From Spirochaetales bacterium (GTDB lineage: Bacteria > Spirochaetota > Spirochaetia > JABEVK01), in NCBI GenBank assembly GCA_947478845.1, contig CANJXC010000003.1:177659-241658 (forward strand): a stretch of 64,000 bases of DNA, in the 5' to 3' direction. The translations under genes were made by a program, and so were the position numbers. Under the pieces are notes generated by a model. That model did no database searches and was not told the DNA's origin. It saw only the letters and a list, made by a program, of their open reading frames with translations. Of this stretch, positions 1 to 9,300 are shown piece by piece. Each line of letters starts with the position of its first letter. Position 1 is the stretch's first letter.

Positions 1-2
1 AA

Positions 3-1346
3 TTCTCCGCCAAGAAGCAGGCCTACCTGGCCTACGCCCGGCCGATGGAACAGAAGGTTGGGAGTTTCCTCACCTACCGTCCGGACGTGGAGGCTCCTCA
101 AGCTGGCGCGCTTCAGGGGTTGCCATTCGCGGTGAAAGACAACATAGCCGTCAAAAATTTCCCCCTCACTTGCGGCTCGCGTATGCTGGAAACTTTGGTA
201 AGTCCGTACACGGCCACCGCAGTAGCGCGCTTGCAGGCCGCCGGGGCTGTGGTCATTGGAAAAACCAACCTCGACGAGTTCGGAATGGGCTCTTCCACCG
301 ACCTCTCGGCCTTGGGGAAAACCAACAACCCTTGGGACTTCAGCCGGGTCGCGGGTGGCTCCTCAGGAGGGAGCGCCGCAGCCGCGGCCGCGGGGTTGGT
401 TTCTTTCGCTTTGGGAACCGATACCGGCGGCTCGGTACGCCAGCCGGCCTCGTTTTGCGGGGTCTATGGGCTCAAGCCCACCTATGGCACCGTGAGCCGT
501 TACGGCATGACAGCCTACGCCTCCTCGCTGGAGGTGATGGGCATTGCCTCGAAATCCTTGGCCCTCACGGAAAAAGTGTATGGGGTGATGAAAGGCCGCG
601 ACCCCCACGACCAGACCAGTTTAGACCCTGCCCCCGGCGTTGCACGAGCCGTAAAAACCATTGCCGTGCTCGACGGTCTGACCGACCTCGAACCCGCCGT
701 GCAAAGGGCTTATGAGGCGACTTTAGACCACCTGAAGGCCTTGGGCTACCGCTTGCTTCCTGTGCACCTTGGCACCCTAGATTACGCGGTGCCGGCCTAC
801 TACACCATTGCCACGGCCGAGGCCAGCGCCAACTTGGCGCGCTTCAACGGGATTCGGTATGGGCTGAGACCCGAGTACGCCGAGAACCCCGAAGACCTGA
901 TACGCAAATCACGGACGGCTGGCTTTGGCGACGAAGTGAAGATCCGCATCATGCTCGGGACCTACGTCCTTCGATCGGGTTTTCAAGACCAGTACTACAC
1001 CAAAGCCCAAAAAGTGCGCACCGCCATCCGCAACGACCTTCAAAAGGTCTTCGACCAGGCCGACCTTTTGATGACCCCCACCTTTCCTACCCGCGCCTTT
1101 GTCCATGGTGACCGTTCGATGACGCCCTACCAGCAGAAACTTGCGGACAAGTTCACCGTTACCGCGAACCTAGCCGGGATTCCGGCATTGAGTTTTCCCG
1201 CGGGCCTAGAAGAAGGCCTTCCAGTGGGAATGCAGTTCATGGCCCCTGCCTTTGAGGAGGGTCGGCTGTTCGAGGCAGCAGCGAAGTTCGCCACGAGGGT
1301 TGCCGCTCCCGATTGCCCGGGCACCAGCCTCGATTGGAGCAAGTGA
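3..1346 (+). CDS. gatA: Asp/Glu-tRNA amidotransferase subunit A (probably 5'-truncated by the window edge)
   Basis: Amidase signature AVKDNI, GKTNLDEFGMGSS, GGSSGGS, GTDTGGSVRQPA. The frame is open from position 3 to the ATG at 45. Confidence 0.95.
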   Translation, partial: FSAKKQAYLAYARPMEQKVGSFLTYRPDVEAPQAGALQGLPFAVKDNIAVKNFPLTCGSRMLETLVSPYTATAVARLQAAGAVVIGKTNLDEFGMGSSTDLSALGKTNNPWDFSRVAGGSSGGSAAAAAAGLVSFALGTDTGGSVRQPASFCGVYGLKPTYGTVSRYGMTAYASSLEVMGIASKSLALTEKVYGVMKGRDPHDQTSLDPAPGVARAVKTIAVLDGLTDLEPAVQRAYEATLDHLKALGYRLLPVHLGTLDYAVPAYYTIATAEASANLARFNGIRYGLRPEYAENPEDLIRKSRTAGFGDEVKIRIMLGTYVLRSGFQDQYYTKAQKVRTAIRNDLQKVFDQADLLMTPTFPTRAFVHGDRSMTPYQQKLADKFTVTANLAGIPALSFPAGLEEGLPVGMQFMAPAFEEGRLFEAAAKFATRVAAPDCPGTSLDWSK

Positions 1347-2770
1347 TGTACCAGACCTTTGTCGGACTCGAAATTCATATTCACCTCAACACGGCCACCA
1401 AAGTGTTTTGCGGGTGCAAGGCGCATTTCGGCGACGAACCGAACACCAATGTTTGCCCCGTCTGCATGGGCTACCCTGGCGTTCTGCCGGTGCTCAACCA
1501 GCATGCCCTCGAACTAGCCTACACGGTGAGCCTTGCCTTGGGTTGCCAGCTTTCCCACCGCACCCTGTTCGACCGGAAGAACTACTTTTACCCCGACATG
1601 CCCAAGAATTATCAGATTACCCAATTCCACGAGCCGGTGGGGCAAAATGGGTCGATTGAGTTCGCCCTTGCGGACGGAACTACCAAAAAGGTTCGCATCC
1701 ATGATGTTCACCTCGAAGAAGATGCCGGGAAGATGATTCACGCCGGAGACATGACCCTGGTCGACTACAACCGGGCTGGCTACTCTTTGCTGGAAGTGGT
1801 GACCGAACCCGACTTGGCTAGCGGTGAGGAAACAGAAGCGTTTCTTCAAGCTTTCCAAAGGGTGGTCCGTTACCTCGGCGTGTCTGACGGTAATATGGAA
1901 GAAGGTTCGATGAAGTGCGACACCAATGTGTCGATCAACAAGGCGGGTGCGGGCTTGGGTACCAAGGTGGAAATCAAGAACCTGAACTCCAGCCGGTTCG
2001 TCAAGAAAGCCATTGAGCACGAACAGAAGCGACAGGCCGCTGTTCTCGAGGCTGGCAATAAGGTCAGCCAAGAAACCCGCCTCTGGAACGAAAACCGGGA
2101 CGTCACCGAAACCATGCGCACCAAGGAAGGCGGGCTCGACTACCGCTATTTCCCTGAGCCCGACCTACCCCCCTTTGTGCCCGACGCCTCCTTTTTAAAA
2201 CGCATCCAAGACGCTCAGGTGGAGTTGCCACTGGCTCGCAAGCAGCGGCTCGTGCGCGAGTTTGGGCTTTCGAGGGAACAGGCCGATTTCGTCACCGACG
2301 CCCGGTTCACCGCAGATTTTTTTGAACAGGCTGTGAGGGCCTCTGCTGCCTCTGGAGGGAGCGCGATGGCAAACTGGCTTATGGGGGATGTTCAAAAAGA
2401 GCTCAATCACTTCAACCTCACCCTCGAGGCCTGCCCGCTGACGGCAGGCCGACTGGCCTCCTTGCAGAGCCTTCTCGATGCCGGCCGCATTCATACCAAG
2501 ATTGCCAAACAGCTTCTGGTTTCCATCTTCGAGGAAGACAAGGACCCGGAAACGCTTCTCCAGGAGAAGGGCCTTGAATCCATTGCAACAGAACAACAGC
2601 TCGCACCGATTGTCGAGAGCGTGTTTTCAGCCCATCCGAACGTCGTGGCAGCGGTGAAGGCTGGAGATGCCCGCCAAAAGGGCTTCCTCGTGGGGCAGGT
2701 GATGAAGGCCACTGGCGGGCGGGCGGCGCCCGACCTGGTGAACGCGTTGTTGGCCAAGTTCCTTGCCTAA
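1346..2770 (+). CDS. gatB: Asp/Glu-tRNA amidotransferase subunit B
   Basis: GLEIH, RKNYFYPDMPKNYQITQ, HLEEDAGK, DYRYFPEPDLP. ATG overlaps the gatA stop (TGATG). Confidence 0.97.
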   Translation: MYQTFVGLEIHIHLNTATKVFCGCKAHFGDEPNTNVCPVCMGYPGVLPVLNQHALELAYTVSLALGCQLSHRTLFDRKNYFYPDMPKNYQITQFHEPVGQNGSIEFALADGTTKKVRIHDVHLEEDAGKMIHAGDMTLVDYNRAGYSLLEVVTEPDLASGEETEAFLQAFQRVVRYLGVSDGNMEEGSMKCDTNVSINKAGAGLGTKVEIKNLNSSRFVKKAIEHEQKRQAAVLEAGNKVSQETRLWNENRDVTETMRTKEGGLDYRYFPEPDLPPFVPDASFLKRIQDAQVELPLARKQRLVREFGLSREQADFVTDARFTADFFEQAVRASAASGGSAMANWLMGDVQKELNHFNLTLEACPLTAGRLASLQSLLDAGRIHTKIAKQLLVSIFEEDKDPETLLQEKGLESIATEQQLAPIVESVFSAHPNVVAAVKAGDARQKGFLVGQVMKATGGRAAPDLVNALLAKFLA

Positions 2771-2822
2771 AGCCCCAAAAAACAGTACAACGGCAGGAAC
2801 CTAACCCGACGAGGTAGTCTGC

Positions 2823-4100
2823 ATGCGCGTATTGGCCCAGGACGTTCCCAAACATCTGGATCGCGAGATCACTGTCAGCGGCTGGGTGCACCGTACCAGG
2901 GAACTGGGCCAGGTGAACTTCGTGCTCCTGCGCGACCGCAGCGGCATGATTCAGGTTGTCTTCGGTGAAAAAATCGACTACACCCCCGAAACAGTGCTCA
3001 CAGTGCGCGGAATGGTCAAAGCCAACGACAAAGCCCCTGGTGGAGCCGAGATACATCCCCTCAGCGTGACTGTGGAGTCGCGCGCCGACATCAATCTTCC
3101 CGTCCAAGTGAATCAAGACCCCGACAAGTACCCCTTGGAGGCGTTGTTCGACCATCGCTTTATCAGCCTGCGCATGCCCAAATTGCGCGCCATTTTTCAA
3201 CTTCAGTCCTCTCTTCTCAAGTATCTGAGCGAGTTCATGCACGCGGAAGGGTTCTTCGAGATGAAGACGAGCAAGCTCGTGGGAAGCGGCGCAGAAGGTG
3301 GCACGGGCCTATTCAGCGTCGAGTACTTCGAGAACAAAGTGTTTCTGGCCCAAAGCCCCCAGCTCTACAAGCAGGGAATGGTTGCCACCGGTTTGGAACG
3401 CGTGTTTGAAATCAGCCACGCCTATCGGGCCGAAAAGCACGACACCCCGCGACACATCAACGAGTACGTGAGCTTTGATGTCGAGATGGCCTTCATCGAG
3501 AGCGAAGTTGACTTGATGAACTTTGAGCGCAACCTGCTCGACCACGTGTTCACGCAGGTGGGCCTCCATAACCGCGCCGAGCTAGAGTTGTGGGGCGCCA
3601 CGGTTCCAGCCCCTGGGGCCATGATCAGTGCCCCCGTGGTGGGTCACGACGCAGCCAAGGACCTCATTACCCAGATCACGGGCAAGAAAGTTTTTGAGAT
3701 TAACCCGGAAGGCGAGCGCACCCTCTGTGAATGGGCCCTCGAAAAGCACGGGGTCGACTTGGTGTTCATCAACGACTGGCCGCGAAAAAAACGGCCCTTC
3801 TACACTCATCCGAGTGCCGACGGCACCAAGACTCTCAGCTTCGACCTGATTTTCCGGGGGCTGGAAATCACCTCCGGCGGTCGCCGTATTCACGATTACG
3901 CGATGTTGCTCGAAAGTTTGCCGAAGTTCGGCATGACTCTCGAAGGACTGGGGGCGTACCCAACCATTTTCCAGTATGGGTGCCCTCCGCACGGCGGGTT
4001 TGCGATTGGGATTGAACGGCTCACTCAGAAGATTCTGGGCCTGGCCAACGTCAAAGAAGCGAGCCCCTTCCCCCGGGACCGCAAGCGGGTGGCCCCCTAA
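2823..4100 (+). CDS. aspS: Short archaeal-type, non-discriminating aspartyl-tRNA(Asp/Asn) synthetase
   Basis: 425 aa, OB-fold GWVH..R, LAQSPQLYKQ, YRAEKH, PPHGGFAIGIERL. No GAD insertion; adjacent to gatAB. Confidence 0.92.
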   Translation: MRVLAQDVPKHLDREITVSGWVHRTRELGQVNFVLLRDRSGMIQVVFGEKIDYTPETVLTVRGMVKANDKAPGGAEIHPLSVTVESRADINLPVQVNQDPDKYPLEALFDHRFISLRMPKLRAIFQLQSSLLKYLSEFMHAEGFFEMKTSKLVGSGAEGGTGLFSVEYFENKVFLAQSPQLYKQGMVATGLERVFEISHAYRAEKHDTPRHINEYVSFDVEMAFIESEVDLMNFERNLLDHVFTQVGLHNRAELELWGATVPAPGAMISAPVVGHDAAKDLITQITGKKVFEINPEGERTLCEWALEKHGVDLVFINDWPRKKRPFYTHPSADGTKTLSFDLIFRGLEITSGGRRIHDYAMLLESLPKFGMTLEGLGAYPTIFQYGCPPHGGFAIGIERLTQKILGLANVKEASPFPRDRKRVAP

Positions 4101-5053
4101 TGGTGCAGGAATATGCAATCCGTGACGGGCAGTTGGTACCCTGCGAAGAGAAACAGGGATTGGTCAAAGTGTTCACCAGCCCTGATGTTGCCGAGCGCAA
4201 CTATTTAGAGCACACCTGCCGCATTTCACCCCACAACATCAGTTCCGCCATGGACCCCGACGAAATAGGACGCCTCGAGTTCGAGAACGACCACACCATG
4301 CTCCTGATCAAAAGCCCCAAGAACTACTCCTCCAGCGACAACTTCCTGTTCAAAGTGACCTCAGTCGGGGTTTTTGTTTACAAACAAGAACTGGTCATTA
4401 TTATGAATAATCAGGAGACTTCCATCCTCGAGGGTCGCCAGGCCTTCAAGATAACCAGCCTGAACGACGCCCTGTTGAAGATTCTCTACGGCACCATTGC
4501 GCACTTTTTGGGCCACCTCAAGGTGATCAGCCTCCTCAGTGACAGCCTGGAGCACAAGATCAACTCTTCAATGGCCAATGAGCACCTTTTGAACATGTTT
4601 ACCATCGAAAAAAGCCTGATCTACTACCTCAACGGCATCAATTCCAACTCGGTGGTTATGGACAAGCTCAAAACAAACGCCACTCGTATCGGCTTGTCGT
4701 CGGAAAATCTCGCTTTGCTTGACGACATCATCATCGAGAACAACCAGTGCAACAAACAGGCGGAAATCTACTCCAACATTCTCGTTGGCCTCGACGGGGC
4801 CCGCGGAGCCATCGTCAATAACAACATGAACCAGTTGATCAAGCGGCTTACCATTGTGAGTGTTGTCTTCATGCCCCTCAATGTCATCGCGGGAATTGGC
4901 GGAATGTCCGAGTTTTCCGGCGTGACAGAGGGCGTTCCGAAGTGGCTCAGCTATAGCCTGTTTGCACTGGGGATGGTGGGAATCGCCTTCCTCACCTATT
5001 GGATTCTTAAGGTCTTTATGGACGGTAGTACTTCCAAGATTAAGCGCAGGTAA
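4100..5053 (+). CDS. corA: CorA-family divalent cation transporter
   Basis: Soluble N-domain, NNNMNQLIKRLT, two C-terminal TM helices with GGMSE in place of GMN. Confidence 0.85.
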   Translation: MVQEYAIRDGQLVPCEEKQGLVKVFTSPDVAERNYLEHTCRISPHNISSAMDPDEIGRLEFENDHTMLLIKSPKNYSSSDNFLFKVTSVGVFVYKQELVIIMNNQETSILEGRQAFKITSLNDALLKILYGTIAHFLGHLKVISLLSDSLEHKINSSMANEHLLNMFTIEKSLIYYLNGINSNSVVMDKLKTNATRIGLSSENLALLDDIIIENNQCNKQAEIYSNILVGLDGARGAIVNNNMNQLIKRLTIVSVVFMPLNVIAGIGGMSEFSGVTEGVPKWLSYSLFALGMVGIAFLTYWILKVFMDGSTSKIKRR

Positions 5054-5056
5054 ACC

Positions 5057-5485
5057 ATGACAATTCGAACCATGACAGCAAACGACGGCCCAGCCGCACT
5101 CACCTTCTGGAAGCATATTCCCGGCCTGGGGCTGAGCTATTCGGACGAACCCGAGGAACTCACCCGTTACTGGGAACGCAACCCCGGCCTCAGCTTCTGT
5201 GCCTGCGATGACAAAGGAAAGCTCATTGCCACCGTCTTGGCGGGTCATGATGGTCGCCGAGGATTCCTTTACCATCTTGCCGTTCATCCGCAACACCGCG
5301 GTAAGGGTCTCAGCGGAGCTCTGGTGGGTGCCTCACTGGAGGGCCTGAAGGCGCAGGGTATCCGTAAGGTGAATGTCTTCGTGCTCAGCGACAACAGCGC
5401 CGGGATTTCGTTCTGGATGGGCCCGGCTTCAGCCCACGGCTGGAAACTGCGTGGCGACTTGATGGTGTTTTCGCGGGAGGTTTGA
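5057..5485 (+). CDS. GNAT acetyltransferase (YpeA-like)
   Basis: GHDGRRGFLYHLAVHPQHRGKGL acetyl-CoA binding motif. Confidence 0.88.
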   Translation: MTIRTMTANDGPAALTFWKHIPGLGLSYSDEPEELTRYWERNPGLSFCACDDKGKLIATVLAGHDGRRGFLYHLAVHPQHRGKGLSGALVGASLEGLKAQGIRKVNVFVLSDNSAGISFWMGPASAHGWKLRGDLMVFSREV

Positions 5486-5489
5486 CTTC

Positions 5490-5518
5490 TTGTCCTTTTT
5501 TTGAGTCAACGCTATTCT
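5490..5518 (+). promoter_or_regulatory. sigma70-type promoter of ilvD, probably leaderless
   Basis: TTGTCC-N17-TATTCT-N6-ATG(5525). An inverted repeat TTGACT-N16-AGTCAA (5482-5509) brackets the -35. Confidence 0.6.
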
Positions 5519-5524
5519 GACTAG

Positions 5525-7366
5525 ATGAAAATCCCTCTTCGCAGTTTCACCAACACCGTGGGCCGCAATATGGCCGGAGCCCGATCCTTGTGGCGCGCCA
5601 ACGGGATGACCGATCAACAATTCAGCAAGCCCATCATCGCCATTTCGAACAGCTTCACGCAGTTTGTTCCCGGGCACGCGCACCTGCACGACATTGGCCA
5701 GCGGGTGAAAAAGATCATCGAGGCTTCGGGGTGTTTCGCTGCCGAGTTCAATACCATCGCCGTCGACGACGGCATTGCCATGGGTCACGACGGTATGCTG
5801 TACTCTTTGCCCAGCCGTGAAATCATCGCCGACAGCGTGGAATACATGGTCAATGCGCACTGCGCGGACGCGCTGGTGTGCATCAGCAACTGCGACAAAA
5901 TCACCCCCGGGATGCTTATGGCCGCCATGCGACTGAATATTCCCACCATATTCGTGTCTGGTGGCCCCATGGAAGCCGGCGACCTCGACGGAAAGAAGTA
6001 CGACCTGGTAGACGTAATGGTGATGGGTCCCGATGAAGGCGTGAGCCAGGAAATGCTCGACAAGGTGGAACGCCACGCCTGCCCCACCTGCGGCTCCTGC
6101 TCGGGCATGTTCACCGCCAACTCCATGAACTGCCTCAACGAGGCCTTGGGATTGGCCCTGCCGGGCAACGGCACAATTCTGGCCACCCACACCTTCCGCA
6201 TCGAGCTTTTTGAGAAGGCTGCCCACCGCATCGTCGAGATGGCCCACGAATACTACAACAAGGGGAACCTGTCGGTGCTTCCCCGCAACATAGCAACCTC
6301 CGCAGCCTTCAATAACGCGATGGCCCTCGATATCGCCATGGGCGGCTCCACGAACACCGTGCTGCACATTCTGGCCATCGCTCACGAAGGCGGGGTCGAT
6401 TTCACCATGGCCGACATCGACCGGTTGAGCCGCAAGGTGCCGTGCCTGTGCAAAGTGGCCCCCAACAGCGCTAAATACCACATTGAGGATGTGCACCGTG
6501 CGGGAGGTATTCTGGGCATTTTGGGTGAGCTTGATCGGGCTGGCCTACTGGATACCTCGGTGCCTCGTGCCGACGGACTGACGCTGAAGCAGGCTCTCGA
6601 CGCCTGGGACTTGGCACGCGCCACAGCCACCGAGGAGGCCAAGCACCTGTTCAAGGCCGCCCCCGGCGGCCGTGCCAACCTCATCATGGGAACCCAAAAA
6701 TCCATGTTTAAGGACCTCGATACCGACCGCAAGGAAGGCTGCATCCGAACCAAGGAAAATGCCTACTACGCCGATGGCGGTTTGGCAGTACTCTTTGGCA
6801 ACATCGCCCCGAAGGGCTGCATAGTCAAGTCTGCGGGTGTCGATGAAGCGCTGTTTCGTTTCACTGGCAAGGCTAAAGTGTTCGAAAGTCAGGACGCCTC
6901 GGTGAAGGGAATTTTAGGCGGACAGGTACAGGCCGGCGACATCGTCGTCATCCGCTACGAAGGACCGAAGGGCGGCCCCGGCATGCAAGAAATGCTCTAC
7001 CCGACCAGCTACCTCAAGAGCAAGAAACTCGGCAAAGCCTGCGCCTTGCTCACCGATGGTCGCTTTTCTGGCGGAACCTCCGGACTGTGCATCGGTCATG
7101 CAAGCCCGGAAGCCGCAGCCGGCGGTGCTATCGCTTTGGTGAAAGACGGTGACAGCATTGTGATCGACATTCCCAACCGGAGTATCCACCTAGACATTAG
7201 CGATGCCGAGCTCGCCAAGCGTCGTAAGGCCGAGGAAGCGCGGGGCCCCGAGGCGTACACACCGTCTGCTCCTCGGGAAAGGAAGGTGAGCCGCGCCCTC
7301 AGGGCGTACGCTCTTTTTGCTTCGAGTGCCGACGAGGGTGCCGTACGCAAATTACCGGGCGAGTGA
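5525..7366 (+). CDS. ilvD: Dihydroxy-acid dehydratase
   Basis: [52 protein letters not shown]. Confidence 0.97.
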   Translation: MKIPLRSFTNTVGRNMAGARSLWRANGMTDQQFSKPIIAISNSFTQFVPGHAHLHDIGQRVKKIIEASGCFAAEFNTIAVDDGIAMGHDGMLYSLPSREIIADSVEYMVNAHCADALVCISNCDKITPGMLMAAMRLNIPTIFVSGGPMEAGDLDGKKYDLVDVMVMGPDEGVSQEMLDKVERHACPTCGSCSGMFTANSMNCLNEALGLALPGNGTILATHTFRIELFEKAAHRIVEMAHEYYNKGNLSVLPRNIATSAAFNNAMALDIAMGGSTNTVLHILAIAHEGGVDFTMADIDRLSRKVPCLCKVAPNSAKYHIEDVHRAGGILGILGELDRAGLLDTSVPRADGLTLKQALDAWDLARATATEEAKHLFKAAPGGRANLIMGTQKSMFKDLDTDRKEGCIRTKENAYYADGGLAVLFGNIAPKGCIVKSAGVDEALFRFTGKAKVFESQDASVKGILGGQVQAGDIVVIRYEGPKGGPGMQEMLYPTSYLKSKKLGKACALLTDGRFSGGTSGLCIGHASPEAAAGGAIALVKDGDSIVIDIPNRSIHLDISDAELAKRRKAEEARGPEAYTPSAPRERKVSRALRAYALFASSADEGAVRKLPGE

Positions 7367-7428
7367 ACTCGCCCCCGAGTGAAGATTGGCGATGCGTTTG
7401 CCGATACGTACACCAAAAGGTGGACCGA

Positions 7429-7638
7429 ATGAAAACGTATCGCATCCGAAGCGAATCCGAGAAGAAGGAGATTCTGGAAGTCGTTGCAGAATCCGACACG
7501 GGCTACTATATCCGGATTGTGTGCGAGGAGTTTGGAGTCCGCAGTGAGTACCGTGACTTTCTTCCGGCGCATATTTTCGACGCACTGTTGAAGAACGGAG
7601 TTTTGGAAGACTTTGACGCCATTGAGGTAGCCAGCTAG
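7429..7638 (+). CDS. Small hypothetical protein (69 aa)
   Basis: AAGG SD before ATG 7429; protein-like composition; fills the gap between genes. Confidence 0.65.
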   Translation: MKTYRIRSESEKKEILEVVAESDTGYYIRIVCEEFGVRSEYRDFLPAHIFDALLKNGVLEDFDAIEVAS

Positions 7639-7647
7639 ACTGGCCAG

Positions 7648-8550
7648 GTGACTGGCGAGTTTCCCTCCACCCCCAAGATCCTAGTTCCTTTTCAGAGAGC
7701 CTCCGACGACTTCGATTGCCAGGAGATAGTCGTCTATCTTCGCCCCGAGACTAACGGCGTTCAAACCGAAAGTATTCTCTTCCGCGTTTTTCGCGGCGCC
7801 GAGTGGAACAGCCAAGTCAAGCTTGTCTATTTGGCCAATTTGCCAGGTGAATTTCTGCGCAAGCGTCAAGTTGTCGAAAAACACTATTCGCTACGCCTTG
7901 AGTTCGCCCGAAAAGGCGCCGCGATGTTTACCGCAGCGATGCGGCTCACCTTCCAGGACTTTTTCGGGCTGCCTTTTGAGTCTGCCGAGGTTCTCGGCGC
8001 CTACGACGCGCTCAAACGCCTCAACCTCGGTGCTGAGGAACTGTTCCAACTTTGGGTTCCCGCCGAAGACATCCTAGAACTCGAAGGCCAGCTCATCAAA
8101 AAAGTCCTTGGCAAACTTTTTGTCGTGAACTATGACATTCCGGCTGTGCTCGAGAAGAACCACGCAGGTACTGACCTCGCGGCGATGGTGTTCCGCACTC
8201 CATTGAGCTACCAAGCCTTCCGTCCTGCTGTCGATGCCATCCGCAAGGCTCTCGTTTCGGAGGGGTTGCTCGCGGTGGAACGGGCAGAGCGAAGGGTTTT
8301 TCATTGGTCCAAGGGACCCTTTGAGCAATTGCTGGATGCCAGCGGTCACGTGTACAACGTCCGCGACGAGCCGGTTTCTTGGGATGAACTGTCGTTTGGC
8401 AGATACCTGCTCGCCAAAGGCTGGACCAACTCCCGTATCGAGGATTGTCTGGAACGGCCCTTTCAGTTCGGTGAAAATTTGTTGTCCAACACAAATTTTG
8501 CTACCTTCGAGGAAGCTTGGAAGTTCGTACACCAAAGGAGTTCCCGATGA
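7648..8550 (+). CDS. Hypothetical protein, probable divergent nucleoside-diphosphate-kinase-like fold
   Basis: VVYLRPE ... VVEKHY ... VFHWSKGPFE resemble NDK elements (IKPD, EHY, HxS). Confidence 0.6.
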   Translation: MTGEFPSTPKILVPFQRASDDFDCQEIVVYLRPETNGVQTESILFRVFRGAEWNSQVKLVYLANLPGEFLRKRQVVEKHYSLRLEFARKGAAMFTAAMRLTFQDFFGLPFESAEVLGAYDALKRLNLGAEELFQLWVPAEDILELEGQLIKKVLGKLFVVNYDIPAVLEKNHAGTDLAAMVFRTPLSYQAFRPAVDAIRKALVSEGLLAVERAERRVFHWSKGPFEQLLDASGHVYNVRDEPVSWDELSFGRYLLAKGWTNSRIEDCLERPFQFGENLLSNTNFATFEEAWKFVHQRSSR

Positions 8551-9059
8551 AAGAACAGATCATACTGGCTGGGGGGTGCTTTTGGTGCACCGAAGCCGTG
8601 TTTGTGCGGATTGCCGGCGTGGAGGCAAGTGTGTCCGGTTATGCCAACGGCAAAACCGACAACCCTACCTATCAGCAGGTCTGCTCCGGTACCACCGGCC
8701 ACACCGAGGCTATCCAAGTCAGCTTTGACCCCGCGGTGGTCTCCCTCAACGAGCTCCTTGAGCTCTTCTGGAAAGCGCATGATCCGACCACCCTTAACCG
8801 GCAGGGCGCCGACACCGGTACGCAGTACCGCTCAGGCATCTACACGACAAGCGAAGCCCAACTCAAGGCAGCCTCGGCTTCGCGCGACAAAGCCCAAGCG
8901 AAGTTTTCCGCCAAGATTGTTACCGAGATTGTTCCGCTGACCAAGTTCTGGAAGGCCGAGGACTACCATCAGAATTACTTCGAGCGCAATCCAAACCAAG
9001 CCTACTGCCGGGCCACCATTCCGCCCAAGCTCGCCAAACTGGGTCTAGCCGCGCTTTGA
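8547..9059 (+). CDS. msrA: Peptide-methionine (S)-S-oxide reductase
   Basis: GGCFWC, HDPTTLNRQG, QYRSGI, AEDYHQNY. AAGGAG SD. Confidence 0.96.
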   Translation: MKEQIILAGGCFWCTEAVFVRIAGVEASVSGYANGKTDNPTYQQVCSGTTGHTEAIQVSFDPAVVSLNELLELFWKAHDPTTLNRQGADTGTQYRSGIYTTSEAQLKAASASRDKAQAKFSAKIVTEIVPLTKFWKAEDYHQNYFERNPNQAYCRATIPPKLAKLGLAAL

Positions 9060-9300
9060 TCGCCGTCTTTGCCACTTGTGGGTTTATTCCATGGAAGTTG
9101 GGCTCTTTCGATGGCGCGTATCTTTCCCTGAGCCGCTGGTGTTTTATCAGCGACAATGCGCCAAAAGATAAGCTTCCAGCTGTATTCGAAACTCTCGACA
9201 GCTAGGCCGTATTCCGGTCAATACCGGACAATTCCTCCAATTTCTCTTTCTTTCTGGGACGTTCTATGTTAGTATTACGTTCTGCCCGAGGGTTTCAAGT

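Noticed and set aside
5429..6496. 355-aa antisense ORF over ilvD (similar ones at 10937-12037, 50892-51908, 61178-62062, 62221-63729)
   Set aside because: Shadow ORFs opposite well-conserved genes, expected from GC-rich codon bias; no recognisable motifs.
9121..9136. CCCTGAGCCG resembling a 6S RNA segment
   Set aside because: No complementary GGTTCAAGGG-type partner and no symmetric central bubble, so it is kept only as an unassigned structured region.
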